A stretch of DNA of 64,000 nucleotides, taken from assembly GCA_937930175.1 (NCBI GenBank), contig CALGLP010000009.1:549-64548 (forward strand), in the 5' to 3' direction. Source of the DNA: an uncultured bacterium. GTDB taxonomy: Bacteria > Omnitrophota > Gorgyraeia > Zapsychrales > Aceulaceae. The notes below the pieces were generated by a model. It worked only from the letters and a program-made list of their open reading frames with translations, made no database searches and had not been told where the DNA came from. Both the position numbers and the translations under genes were made by a program. Shown piece by piece: positions 41,512 to 50,806 of the stretch (the first letter of the stretch is position 1; each line of letters opens with the position of its first letter).

Positions 41512-43613
41512 TGGTCCCCTTTCGCCGCAAGACTCTCAATCTCCGCAACAACTTGTTCGGGTGTAATATTTTTCATGCAGATATGTGTCTTGATCGAGCA
41601 TTGGCCCTGATAACACGGCGCACAACTAGGCTTCAAATAAACAACCTTGCATCGGCCTGAAGGCGGAAGATGACGGAAAGGATCTGTGGGCCCAAAAAGC
41701 GCCACAAACGGTGTTTTCATGGCTGCAGCAACATGCATAGGCGCTGAGTCTGGCGTAACAAAAACAGCAGCTTTTTTTATCAGTGCAGCAAGCTGTAGCA
41801 TATTGGTCTTACCGATTAAATCAATCGGCTTTGATTTAGCCAGCATGATAATCGTCCGCGCCAATTCTTTATTCTTTTCAATGCCAGTAAGAAAAACCCT
41901 GATACTTTTCTGCGCGAGCAAATCACAAAGCTTGGCAATGTGCTCTGGAGGCCAATTTTTTGTAAGCCAGCGCTCCGAAGCCGCAATATTGATACCAACA
42001 AGACGCATACCCGAGGCGACCCAAAAACTATCCAAAAGTTGCTGAACCATGCGATGATCTTCTTTGGACGGCCACATCTCGAGCTCGGGCGCGCTATCCA
42101 GCGAAACATCAAGTTCATCCAGAATGCGAAACTGATGTTCCACCGCCGGCAGAGGCCCTTGATCATCTTTGATCCCACAAGAAAGAAGAAATCCCCATTT
42201 TTTATTATGATACCCATAGCGCTCAAGACAAAAGCTTAAGAACCCCAACAAATGACTTTTGCGATTATTTTGAAAGTCAATTACCTTGTCAAAATGGTAC
42301 TGACGTAACATTTTTCCTAACTTCCAAAGTTTCCACCAGCGTTTATGTTTTTGCTTTCGATCATAGATAATCAAATCATCAAGATAAGGGCAACCTTGTA
42401 AAATTTCACGCGCCTCTCTTCCCACAAGACAAAAGATCTTAGCCAGAGGATATTTAGCACGCAAGGCTTTCAAAGACGGCATGATCAACAAAACATCGCC
42501 GACGGCGCTCAACTTAATCACTAGGATGTTCACATGTTCGCAAAGCTCCTGATACACCTTCATCGTCTGGCTTGCCATATGCTCCAACGTATATTGAGAA
42601 AGGATCTTGGCTTTTGCCTTTTCGACCATTTGCCGAGCTAGCGCCTTGTCCTGTAAAATCTTAACGACTGCCTGCGCCATTTCTTCAGGTTCTTTAGGAG
42701 ACACAAGCAACCCCGTCTCACCTTCATCGATCAGTTCCACAACGCCACCAACACGCGTTGCCACAACAGGAACACCTGCCGCTTGCGCTTCTAAGATCAC
42801 GCGGCCAAAAGATTCTTGCGTGACTGTTGAAAGCACCAAAACGTCCACCTGAGAAAGAAGCTGAGGAATATCTTTTCGATTCCCAAGGAACTCAACATGC
42901 TCAGTCAATCCAAGATACTTTGTCAAAGCCAAAAGCCCTTCCTTGTATGATTCTTTTTCAGCCGGAGCATCTCCAATGATCCAAATCTTAACAAACGGCA
43001 TTGTGCGAACAACTCGCGCCATGGCCTTTAAAAAATACTCATGTCCCTTCAAAGGCGTAATGCGACCAACAATCGCAATGGTGGGTCGCGACTTCGCCTG
43101 GGCATCTTCACGGGGAATATCAAATTTTCTTAGATCAACGCTACGGGGAATACAGCGGATGTTTTCCGGCAAGACACCAAAATCTTGGATCATGTGATGG
43201 CCGATCACTTGACTCGGCACAATGACAAGCTTGGACCAACCCATCACAGAGCTAAAAGGGTGCTTAGAATAATACCCATGGCATGTTGTGATAAACGGCG
43301 TTCGTGTTTTGCGGCAAGCAAAATAGGCAATCCAAGCGGGAACCCGAGAACGGGCATGCACAAGATCAACTTTTTCTTTGACCAAAATTTGTTCAAGCTT
43401 ACGCATCGCCCAAAGCATGGTCACAAGATTTTTTTCTTTTACGTTAAGCTGATAATGCTTGCCCCCTGCACCTTCCAAATCCGCAACTAAATCGCCGCCG
43501 CTTGAGACCACAATCGCCTGATGCCCATGCTCGACAAGATAACGGGCAAAATCAACGGTGCCGGTCTCAACGCCTCCAACACGCAAGGCCGGAAGAATTT
43601 GTAATATTTTCAT
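41508..43613 (-). CDS. Bifunctional GT4-GT9 glycosyltransferase fusion
   Basis: 701 aa. The N-terminal ~350 aa are GT4 (ESFGRVILEAQAAGVPVVATRVGG). The C-terminal ~350 aa are GT9 (ILVIKLSAVGDVLLIMPSL ... PDSAPMHVAAA). Confidence 0.8.
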   Translation of the reverse strand: MKILQILPALRVGGVETGTVDFARYLVEHGHQAIVVSSGGDLVADLEGAGGKHYQLNVKEKNLVTMLWAMRKLEQILVKEKVDLVHARSRVPAWIAYFACRKTRTPFITTCHGYYSKHPFSSVMGWSKLVIVPSQVIGHHMIQDFGVLPENIRCIPRSVDLRKFDIPREDAQAKSRPTIAIVGRITPLKGHEYFLKAMARVVRTMPFVKIWIIGDAPAEKESYKEGLLALTKYLGLTEHVEFLGNRKDIPQLLSQVDVLVLSTVTQESFGRVILEAQAAGVPVVATRVGGVVELIDEGETGLLVSPKEPEEMAQAVVKILQDKALARQMVEKAKAKILSQYTLEHMASQTMKVYQELCEHVNILVIKLSAVGDVLLIMPSLKALRAKYPLAKIFCLVGREAREILQGCPYLDDLIIYDRKQKHKRWWKLWKLGKMLRQYHFDKVIDFQNNRKSHLLGFLSFCLERYGYHNKKWGFLLSCGIKDDQGPLPAVEHQFRILDELDVSLDSAPELEMWPSKEDHRMVQQLLDSFWVASGMRLVGINIAASERWLTKNWPPEHIAKLCDLLAQKSIRVFLTGIEKNKELARTIIMLAKSKPIDLIGKTNMLQLAALIKKAAVFVTPDSAPMHVAAAMKTPFVALFGPTDPFRHLPPSGRCKVVYLKPSCAPCYQGQCSIKTHICMKNITPEQVVAEIESLAAKGDQ

Positions 43614-45583
43614 ATGATCCCTCGTGCCGCATCTAATAGGCAGTCTTGTTGATTCACAGATTTTGTCACTAATCGTTCTTTAACAATGCGTTCAATAAGG
43701 CTTCCAAGATTTTGAGGTTTGACAAGAAAAACATGACCATCATCCTCCAGGCGATCAACAAAGCGATCATGCTTAGTAACCTGCCCGACCAGACGCGACG
43801 TAGGCTTAAACACAATGATCGTCTTTCCAGAGCTCACAGCTTCCGAAACCATCGAAATGCTATCCGAGGACACAATCACGATATCCGAAAGCCCCAAGAT
43901 GCCACCAACAGCATCAGGCAAATTATGTTCTTTAGGGAAAACAGCCAGTGGGCATTGTGGAAAACTGCTTAAACTTTCTTTGATCACGGTTTCAACCTCA
44001 AGCGAAGTGCGCCTGGAGGTTGTCAGCAAAAGCTGCCCATGAAGGGCAATAATCACCCCTTTGAGTTGATCCATCATCTCTTGAGCAAAAGCTGGAGAAA
44101 TCATAAAGCGCTTAGAGTCTCCTCCCCAGAAAATACCAATAGTGATAGGCGGCCGATATTGAAGCCTGGAAAATTTCTGCACAAGGCTCTTGGCCTGCTC
44201 CTGAACATAAGCGGGTGTAATCACGCTAGGAGTGATCTTGGTATACAAAACTTTTTTACTTTTAGGAACAAAGAAACCTTTATCATGTTCGGGTAAAACC
44301 ACAAGGTCAAAGCGCTCCACATTCATCATTCCAGGCTTTTGAATCGCAATACTCTTAGCGCGATAATCTTGAGAAAGAAAATAATTGACTCCTGCTGTCG
44401 AAGATCCACACGAGATCACAAAATCCCCTTTCACGCTCATAACTTCTAAAAAAGACTTTCGTTTTAAAAACCACTTGAGATAACGAAGACGGCCCTGCGA
44501 AACCCTGCGATGACTAACAAAACTTATCGCAGAAAAGGCTTTCTCGCGCATACGATTTTTAAACTCAATATCAATCACCTCCAAATGGGCCTTAATACTT
44601 CGCTCCCCTAAAGCCTGCACAACGCTTTGCGCCATCGCCAAGGATTGATGAAGATGCCCCATTTTTTTATCATTTAAGATCACAATCGTGGATTCTTTTG
44701 AGTATTTCCAAATCTTATAAAACCACATATACTCTGAGGGATATTGCCGAATGTACTGCTCCATTGTACGCACAACCGCATCAAGGCTATGGTTAATATT
44801 GGCATCCAGATCACCCTCTTTGTTAAACTCAAGTAATGGGCTAATGATCAAACGATGTTGCGCCCCTAGTTCACGTGTTAAAACACAAAAACACACCGCC
44901 ACATCCAATTTGATTCCCATCTTGATCGCGCCCGTCGACATCGATGCATCACGGCCAAAGAATTTTACCAAGCTTCCCATCTTCCCGCCTTGATCCACAA
45001 CCATGCCAACCATCTCGTTATTGCGTAACGTTTGCACAAAAGCGCGCATCCCAGTTCCAGGATTTAAAAGCCCTGCCCCGGCTTGCTGCCGATAAGAATT
45101 AAGAAGATCATCAAGCTTAGAATAGCGATTTTGAGGATTAACAAGGACCTTATAAGGATGATTGAAAAGGCGTGGAATAAAATTACACAACTCCCAGCTA
45201 CCAAAATGCATCGCAAGAAAAATAACGCCCTTGCCTCTGGCAAGCGCCTGATCAACATATTCACGGCCTTCCACCTTGATCATTTTGTGAGGATCAATCA
45301 CCGGCAGACGTAAAAGCTCGATCACGTTTTGCCCATAGTTTTCAAAAGCCTTACGCAGAATCTTTTTGATTTCACCGGTTTTCTTTTCACGCGCAAAGGC
45401 AATCTTCAAATTCGCGTAAGCAAGCGAACGATGCCGATGATCAAAAGCATAGCTCAACAGTCCAATCATGCGTCCAATAAAAAGCGCAACAGATATGGGT
45501 AAAAGACAAACAACAAAAGCAAAAAACTTAACGAGATAAAGCAATATGTATTCGTTCTTCAAATTCTTTTTCTCCCTTAACAA
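43610..45583 (-). CDS. LpxL/HtrB-family lipid A late acyltransferase fused to an ELM1/DUF1022-like (GT-B-like) domain
   Basis: 657 aa. The N-terminal ~290 aa have a TM anchor and an HFGSWE (Hx4E) motif typical of LpxL/LpxM. The C-terminal ~360 aa resemble the Mito_fiss_Elm1/DUF1022 family. The start may be downstream of 45583. Confidence 0.7.
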   Translation of the reverse strand: MLREKKNLKNEYILLYLVKFFAFVVCLLPISVALFIGRMIGLLSYAFDHRHRSLAYANLKIAFAREKKTGEIKKILRKAFENYGQNVIELLRLPVIDPHKMIKVEGREYVDQALARGKGVIFLAMHFGSWELCNFIPRLFNHPYKVLVNPQNRYSKLDDLLNSYRQQAGAGLLNPGTGMRAFVQTLRNNEMVGMVVDQGGKMGSLVKFFGRDASMSTGAIKMGIKLDVAVCFCVLTRELGAQHRLIISPLLEFNKEGDLDANINHSLDAVVRTMEQYIRQYPSEYMWFYKIWKYSKESTIVILNDKKMGHLHQSLAMAQSVVQALGERSIKAHLEVIDIEFKNRMREKAFSAISFVSHRRVSQGRLRYLKWFLKRKSFLEVMSVKGDFVISCGSSTAGVNYFLSQDYRAKSIAIQKPGMMNVERFDLVVLPEHDKGFFVPKSKKVLYTKITPSVITPAYVQEQAKSLVQKFSRLQYRPPITIGIFWGGDSKRFMISPAFAQEMMDQLKGVIIALHGQLLLTTSRRTSLEVETVIKESLSSFPQCPLAVFPKEHNLPDAVGGILGLSDIVIVSSDSISMVSEAVSSGKTIIVFKPTSRLVGQVTKHDRFVDRLEDDGHVFLVKPQNLGSLIERIVKERLVTKSVNQQDCLLDAARGII

Positions 45584-46586
45584 TCTTAAACGATACCGCT
45601 AATGCAAAAATATCCACGTCTTGTGGAACAAGAACTAGCAGATCCTTTAGCTTCACAGCATCCTTCTGCGTCGTGATCAATGTTTTGATATTTTGCGCTT
45701 GAGCACGCTCAATGATACCGTGCACATCTTCTTTGGTATAGACATGATGATCTAAAAAAGAAACAGCACCCTGGACGTTAACGCCCAGGGTACCAACTGT
45801 TTTTTCAAAAGCCTGAGGATTCCCAATCGCCGAAAACAAAACCACGGGCAAAACCTTTATTTCTGAAATCTCCTTGTCTTGCATCCTATTTTTTAAATTT
45901 ACAAGCTTTGTTGGCTCATAAATGCTTTCAACAATAATCGCATGATAATTATTTTTCTTAACCGTCGTATAAATTTGTCTAAGGCCTTCTTGAGCCAAAT
46001 CGGTCTTAGTTAAAACAATAATATCGGCGCGCTTCAAGGCAGACAACGGCTCACGCAGAATTCCGCGCGGCAGACAAAAACCATTGCCAAAAGGATTCGT
46101 AGTATCAATCACCACGATCTCAAGATCACGATCTATCGACCAGTGCTGAAATCCGTCATCAAGAATAAAGGCATCAATAGGACAATGTCCGCTCAAGGCC
46201 TTTGTGCCAGATGCAAAACGGTTTCTTCCCTGCACGATGCGAACCTCTGGCAAAATTTCGCGATAAAGCTCAACCTCGTCAGAAATACCATTTTCTGCCA
46301 TATAGCCACGAATAAGAATAACAGGTTCCAAGCCCTTTTCTTTAAGATGCGCTGCCAGAAAACCTGTTAACGGGGTCTTGCCTGTTCCACCAACGGTTAA
46401 ATTTCCAATGCTGATAACAGGCCTGGGAAGATGATTCTTTCTCAATAAATTATTCTGATAGAGCCAAAAAATAATCCGCGCTGTACCAACATAACACAAC
46501 GACAAAACCCACAACAATCCCTTCAGGACTTTGGCCGGGAAATTCTTTTGATCTTCGTTAATAAAATGATAAAAAAAAGATTTCAT
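45528..46586 (-). CDS. lpxK: Tetraacyldisaccharide 4'-kinase
   Basis: P-loop ISIGNLTVGGTGKTP, typical LpxK. The start was chosen at MKSFFYHF to avoid overlap with waaA. Confidence 0.88.
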   Translation of the reverse strand: MKSFFYHFINEDQKNFPAKVLKGLLWVLSLCYVGTARIIFWLYQNNLLRKNHLPRPVISIGNLTVGGTGKTPLTGFLAAHLKEKGLEPVILIRGYMAENGISDEVELYREILPEVRIVQGRNRFASGTKALSGHCPIDAFILDDGFQHWSIDRDLEIVVIDTTNPFGNGFCLPRGILREPLSALKRADIIVLTKTDLAQEGLRQIYTTVKKNNYHAIIVESIYEPTKLVNLKNRMQDKEISEIKVLPVVLFSAIGNPQAFEKTVGTLGVNVQGAVSFLDHHVYTKEDVHGIIERAQAQNIKTLITTQKDAVKLKDLLVLVPQDVDIFALAVSFKIVKGEKEFEERIHIALSR

Positions 46587-46593
46587 AAATCGC

Positions 46594-47847
46594 TTAACCC
46601 ATAATTTCTGAAACAAGCGCAAAAGTTTTTTCTGTGGCCCCCTTGTTCGCTTTAATAACAGCCTGGGCATTGGCCCCCAGCTTTTGCCTCAACCCTTGAT
46701 CATTGAAAAGCTTAGCGATAACCTCTTGGAGATGAACTTTATCCTTAACCTGAACCAAGGCATCATGATCTAAGAAAAGCTTAGTGATATCACGAAAGTT
46801 TTGCATAAATGGCCCAACGACAATTGGCTTGCCATAATACGCAGGCTCAATAATATTATGACCTCCCTGCACTGTTAAACTTTTTCCCAGAAAAACAACA
46901 TCGGCTAACGCATAAAACGAACGCAAATGACCAATGGTGTCAACGACAACAACGGCTGGCGCAACAAAGGCCTTACTCACTTGCGAAAACTTAACAGCGC
47001 TAAAACCTTTTCTCTCGCAAAGACTCATGATCTCACCCGCGCGATCAGGATGTCGCGGCGCAAGAACAAGGACAAGGGGAGAAATCTGTGCCTTAAGCGC
47101 ACAAACAATATCAAGTAAGATTTCTTCTTCGCCAGGATGTGTGCTGCCAGCAACAAGCACCATGTTGCTATCCCTAAGCATGGCGTGAGACAATTCATGG
47201 CGACTCTCACCCACAACATCATCAAATTTCATGTTTCCGACAACAAAAACTTTTTCTTCCAAAGCCCCCAGCTCCTTGATACGACTAGCATCTGACTCGC
47301 TTTGCATACAAAAACAATCAACACATGCTAAAACAGGACGCAAGAGACACTTAAGAAATTTATACCCCTTCAAGGCCTTGTCAGATATGCGGCCATTAAC
47401 TTGTACAATCGGAATCGAGCGCTTGTGGAGCTCTGTCAACAAATTAGGCCAGATTTCAGTTTCGGCATTAAGATAAATGCTAGGCTGCAAGAGATCCAAA
47501 TATTGACGCACAGCAAAACTTAAATCCAGAGGCGCGTAAATAACTCTTTCATCCCCTTCGAGTTTTGTCTTGGCTAACTCAAAACCTGTTTGCGTCACAA
47601 CCGAGATCACAATCTGATGATCAGAATAGCGCGTCCTCATCTTTTTAAGAAGGTTCGAAACAACCATCACCTCCCCGACACTTACCGCATGGATCCAAAT
47701 CCTTTTTTTTCCAACGAGCCCAAGTTTTTGCGCACTTAAGAAACCAAAACGCGTCCCAAAATCTTTGTGCCATTTTCGCTTGAGCAAAAGATAAGGCACA
47801 TAAAGTAATGAAAAAAGGATAAAAAGAAAATCGTACAATAAAGCCAT
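46594..47847 (-). CDS. waaA: 3-deoxy-D-manno-octulosonic acid (Kdo) transferase
   Basis: 417 aa with an N-terminal membrane anchor followed by IWIHAVSVGE, typical of KdtA/WaaA. Confidence 0.9.
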   Translation of the reverse strand: MALLYDFLFILFSLLYVPYLLLKRKWHKDFGTRFGFLSAQKLGLVGKKRIWIHAVSVGEVMVVSNLLKKMRTRYSDHQIVISVVTQTGFELAKTKLEGDERVIYAPLDLSFAVRQYLDLLQPSIYLNAETEIWPNLLTELHKRSIPIVQVNGRISDKALKGYKFLKCLLRPVLACVDCFCMQSESDASRIKELGALEEKVFVVGNMKFDDVVGESRHELSHAMLRDSNMVLVAGSTHPGEEEILLDIVCALKAQISPLVLVLAPRHPDRAGEIMSLCERKGFSAVKFSQVSKAFVAPAVVVVDTIGHLRSFYALADVVFLGKSLTVQGGHNIIEPAYYGKPIVVGPFMQNFRDITKLFLDHDALVQVKDKVHLQEVIAKLFNDQGLRQKLGANAQAVIKANKGATEKTFALVSEIMG

Positions 47848-47848
47848 G

Positions 47849-48709
47849 CTATGCCCGCGGGTGCGCCTTGTTATAAATATTCTTAAGTTTTTCCGTTGTC
47901 ATGTGGGTATAAATCTGCGTTGTTGAAAGATTAACGTGGCCCAGCAATTCCTGAACAGAACGTAAATCAGCGCCCGCATTTAACAAATGCGTGGCAAAGG
48001 AATGCCGCAAGGCATGCGGCGACATCTTGCTTTGAATACTGGCCTTCAAAATATATTTGTTGAGGATGTTGCGCACACTTCGATCCGTTAAGCGCCTTCC
48101 ATGATGATTCAAAAAAACAGCATCGGATTTATGTTCACGCGTGTCAACGTATTCTTTAACCGCTTTCAACGCTGTTTCGCCAATGGGCAGAAGCCGCTCT
48201 TTTTTTCCTTTGCCCAGAACCTTCACAATATTACTGATAAAATCAACACGATCAAGATTAAGCGACACGAGTTCACTCACGCGCATACCCGTACTATACA
48301 GAGTTTCCAAAATCGCATGATCCCGTAAGCCTGCCTCATCGCGATCAATCACCGCATCCACAAGACGCGTGGCATCCATTTCCGACAAAAATTTAGGGAG
48401 TTTCTTGTCCAGCTTAGGCGTCATCAAAAGCGTTGAAGGGTTTTTCTTCACCAATCCCTCGCGAAACAGAAATTTAAAAAAGCTTCGCAAGGACGATAAT
48501 TTACGCGCGACGGTACGCGTCTTTAGATTTTTGCTTCGCAAGTTTCCCAGATAACGCCGCAGATGAAAATAATCCACGCGTTCAATGGGCGTCTCCTGCA
48601 GATAAAGAAAAAACTCTTCTAAGTCAATCTTGTAGTTTAAGAGGGTATGTTTAGAATAATTCTTTTCAATATCCAGATACGATATGAATTTCTCAACGTA
48701 TCGGTTCAT
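47849..48709 (-). CDS. Tyrosine recombinase XerC/XerD family
   Basis: Start at MNRYVEKFISYLDIE.... The C-terminal catalytic motifs HALRHSFATHLL and LGHVNLSTTQIYTHM (R-H-R-Y) are present. It sits within a housekeeping operon. Confidence 0.85.
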   Translation of the reverse strand: MNRYVEKFISYLDIEKNYSKHTLLNYKIDLEEFFLYLQETPIERVDYFHLRRYLGNLRSKNLKTRTVARKLSSLRSFFKFLFREGLVKKNPSTLLMTPKLDKKLPKFLSEMDATRLVDAVIDRDEAGLRDHAILETLYSTGMRVSELVSLNLDRVDFISNIVKVLGKGKKERLLPIGETALKAVKEYVDTREHKSDAVFLNHHGRRLTDRSVRNILNKYILKASIQSKMSPHALRHSFATHLLNAGADLRSVQELLGHVNLSTTQIYTHMTTEKLKNIYNKAHPRA

Positions 48710-50690
48710 TGTTTGTGGTTGGTTGATCCTCTTGGGGCAGCTGCCGCGCTGTATAAGTGCACTCAGGGTAACGGCTACACCCATAAAAAGCGGTTCCTCC
48801 GCGTGAGCGACGCTCAACCAATTCTCCAGTGCAATTAGGTTGAGGACATTTGACGCCAGAGGAAAAGGCCTCGGAATGGCGACAGGCTGGAAATCCTGTG
48901 CAACTGATAAATTTCCCTCGACGCCCCCACTTGATGGCTAACGGCTTGCCGCAATCAGGGCATGCGCGGTCAATAAAGGCAGTTGTCTTTTCAATATTTT
49001 GCATCGCATAATCAAGCTCTTCTTTAAACGGAGGATAAAATTCATTCAAAAGATGCAAATACTCCATCTCGCCTTCTTCAATCAAGTCGAGATCATTCTC
49101 CATGGTGGCGGTAAACCCAATATCCATAATCTTGGGAAAATATTCAATAAGCATATCGCAAACCTTTTGCCCTAGCTCCGTCGATGTAAAATAACCCTTA
49201 GCGCGCGACACATAATTGCGGAAAACAAGAGTATGGATAATCGGCGCATACGTGCTGGGCCGACCAATCCCGTCTTCTTCCAGAGCGCGAACAAGCGTCG
49301 CTTCCGAATAATGAGGTGGCGGTTTTGTAAAATGCTGATCCGGATGGACATCGACAAGCTCCAAGAGATCGTTTTTTTCAAAGGCAGAAAAATCAGAACC
49401 CTTTTCCTTGACCTCATCCTCGCGAAAAAGAATAAGACACCCCTCAAATTTGAGCGTCGAAGCAGACGCGCTAAATTCAAAATCACCAGCTGTAATATTG
49501 ATTTTCTTCTGCACAAAAACCGCTGGGGTCATCTGGCAGCTGACAAACCTACGCCAAATCAATTCATAAATTTTATACTGCTCCTCCGTCAGGAAAGCCT
49601 TCACGTCATCCGGCTTACGAAAAACATCCGACGGACGAATGGCCTCATGTGCCTCCTGGGCGCTCTTCTTAGATTTATACACATTAGCTGTCTCTGGTAA
49701 ATACGCCTTATCAAAATTTTCTTGAATATATGTGCGGACCCGTGCCTTAGCTTCGTTGGCAATGTTCACCGAATCCGTGCGCATATAAGTAATCAAACCA
49801 ACGGTTTCCCCATCGCCTAAATCAACGCCTTCATAAAGGCCCTGGGCAATCATCATGGTCTTGGCGGTATTAAATCCAAGCTTGTTAAAGGCCTCCTGCT
49901 GCAAAGTGCTGGTGATAAACGGCGGCAAGGGATTGCGACGGACATCTTTTTCAGAAATATCCGCAACCACAAAAGTTTGCGCCTTGATTTGCGCAGACAC
50001 CTCTTGCGCCTGCTCTTGCGAAACCATCTCTGGCTTTACTTTCTTTATCTTTTCAAGAGAAGCAGATAAAACTTGCGGATTCCCTGGTTTCTTAACATCA
50101 ATGCTGATGTCCCAATATTCCTGAGGAATAAATGCGGCAATGGCGCGATCACGATCCACGATCAACCGAAGGGCAACCGATTGCACGCGCCCAGCACTTA
50201 AACCTGAGCCAACCTTTTTCCATAAAAGCGGGCTCAGCTGATAACCAACCAAACGATCCATAACACGACGAGCTGTTTGCGCTTCGATCTTCTTGGCATC
50301 AAATTCACGCACATGGTCAAAGGCTTTCAAAACAGCTTCTTTGGTAATTTCGTGGAAGACAACGCGAAAAACTTTTTTGTCTTCCCGTATTTCTTGGGCT
50401 AAATTCCAGCCAATAGCTTCTCCTTCGCGATCAGGATCCGTCGCGATATAAATTTCTTTTTTACCTTTAGCATCAGCCTTGAGTTTTTTTAACGTCGGAC
50501 GCTTGGCACGGATGACAATGAGCTTTGGCTTAAACTCATTTTCAATATCAATGCCTAAGGTTGACTTCGGGAGATCAATCACATGCCCCATGGACGAAAC
50601 AACCTTGTATTGATCACCCAAGATCTTATTAATAGTCTTGACCTTGGCTGGAGACTCGACAACAACAAGACATTTTGCAGATTTAGCCAT
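48693..50690 (-). CDS. topA: DNA topoisomerase I
   Basis: 665 aa with a TOPRIM domain (CLVVVESPAKVKTI), the active-site Tyr region and C-terminal Zn-ribbon Cys clusters. Confidence 0.93.
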   Translation of the reverse strand: MAKSAKCLVVVESPAKVKTINKILGDQYKVVSSMGHVIDLPKSTLGIDIENEFKPKLIVIRAKRPTLKKLKADAKGKKEIYIATDPDREGEAIGWNLAQEIREDKKVFRVVFHEITKEAVLKAFDHVREFDAKKIEAQTARRVMDRLVGYQLSPLLWKKVGSGLSAGRVQSVALRLIVDRDRAIAAFIPQEYWDISIDVKKPGNPQVLSASLEKIKKVKPEMVSQEQAQEVSAQIKAQTFVVADISEKDVRRNPLPPFITSTLQQEAFNKLGFNTAKTMMIAQGLYEGVDLGDGETVGLITYMRTDSVNIANEAKARVRTYIQENFDKAYLPETANVYKSKKSAQEAHEAIRPSDVFRKPDDVKAFLTEEQYKIYELIWRRFVSCQMTPAVFVQKKINITAGDFEFSASASTLKFEGCLILFREDEVKEKGSDFSAFEKNDLLELVDVHPDQHFTKPPPHYSEATLVRALEEDGIGRPSTYAPIIHTLVFRNYVSRAKGYFTSTELGQKVCDMLIEYFPKIMDIGFTATMENDLDLIEEGEMEYLHLLNEFYPPFKEELDYAMQNIEKTTAFIDRACPDCGKPLAIKWGRRGKFISCTGFPACRHSEAFSSGVKCPQPNCTGELVERRSRGGTAFYGCSRYPECTYTARQLPQEDQPTTNNEPIR

Positions 50691-50778
50691 AATACTCCTC
50701 TTGAAAATTCATGCGCATCAACGAACAACACCATTGGCGAGGCCCATCACACGCTTATTTATTTATAATAATAGAAGT

Positions 50779-50806
50779 ATTATAGAGGATTTTTATTTTA
50801 AGACAA
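50779..50806 (-). promoter_or_regulatory. Candidate sigma70-type promoter for topA (TTGTCT-N16-TATAAT)
   Basis: On the minus strand, a TATAAT (plus-strand attata, 50779-50784) sits 16 nt downstream of a TTGTCT (50801-50806), ~85 nt upstream of the topA ATG. It overlaps the dprA 3' end. Confidence 0.35.

Noticed and set aside
46572-46579. A8/T8 homopolymer tracts in the lpxK 5' end (46572-46579), the waaA 5' end (~47703-47710) and the SpoIID-like start (~4474-4481) as phase-variation switches
   Set aside because: The tracts are only 8 nt and sit in essential or signal-peptide regions. Contingency loci usually have longer tracts, and there is no evidence of alternative reading frames.
47849-48709. 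Tyrosine recombinase as a possible integrase marking a genomic island boundary next to the LPS/peptidase region
   Set aside because: The C-terminal motifs (LGHVNLSTTQIYTH) are those of chromosomal XerC/XerD. The gene is translationally coupled inside the topA-xer-waaA operon with 4-17-nt overlaps. No flanking tRNA or direct repeats were seen.
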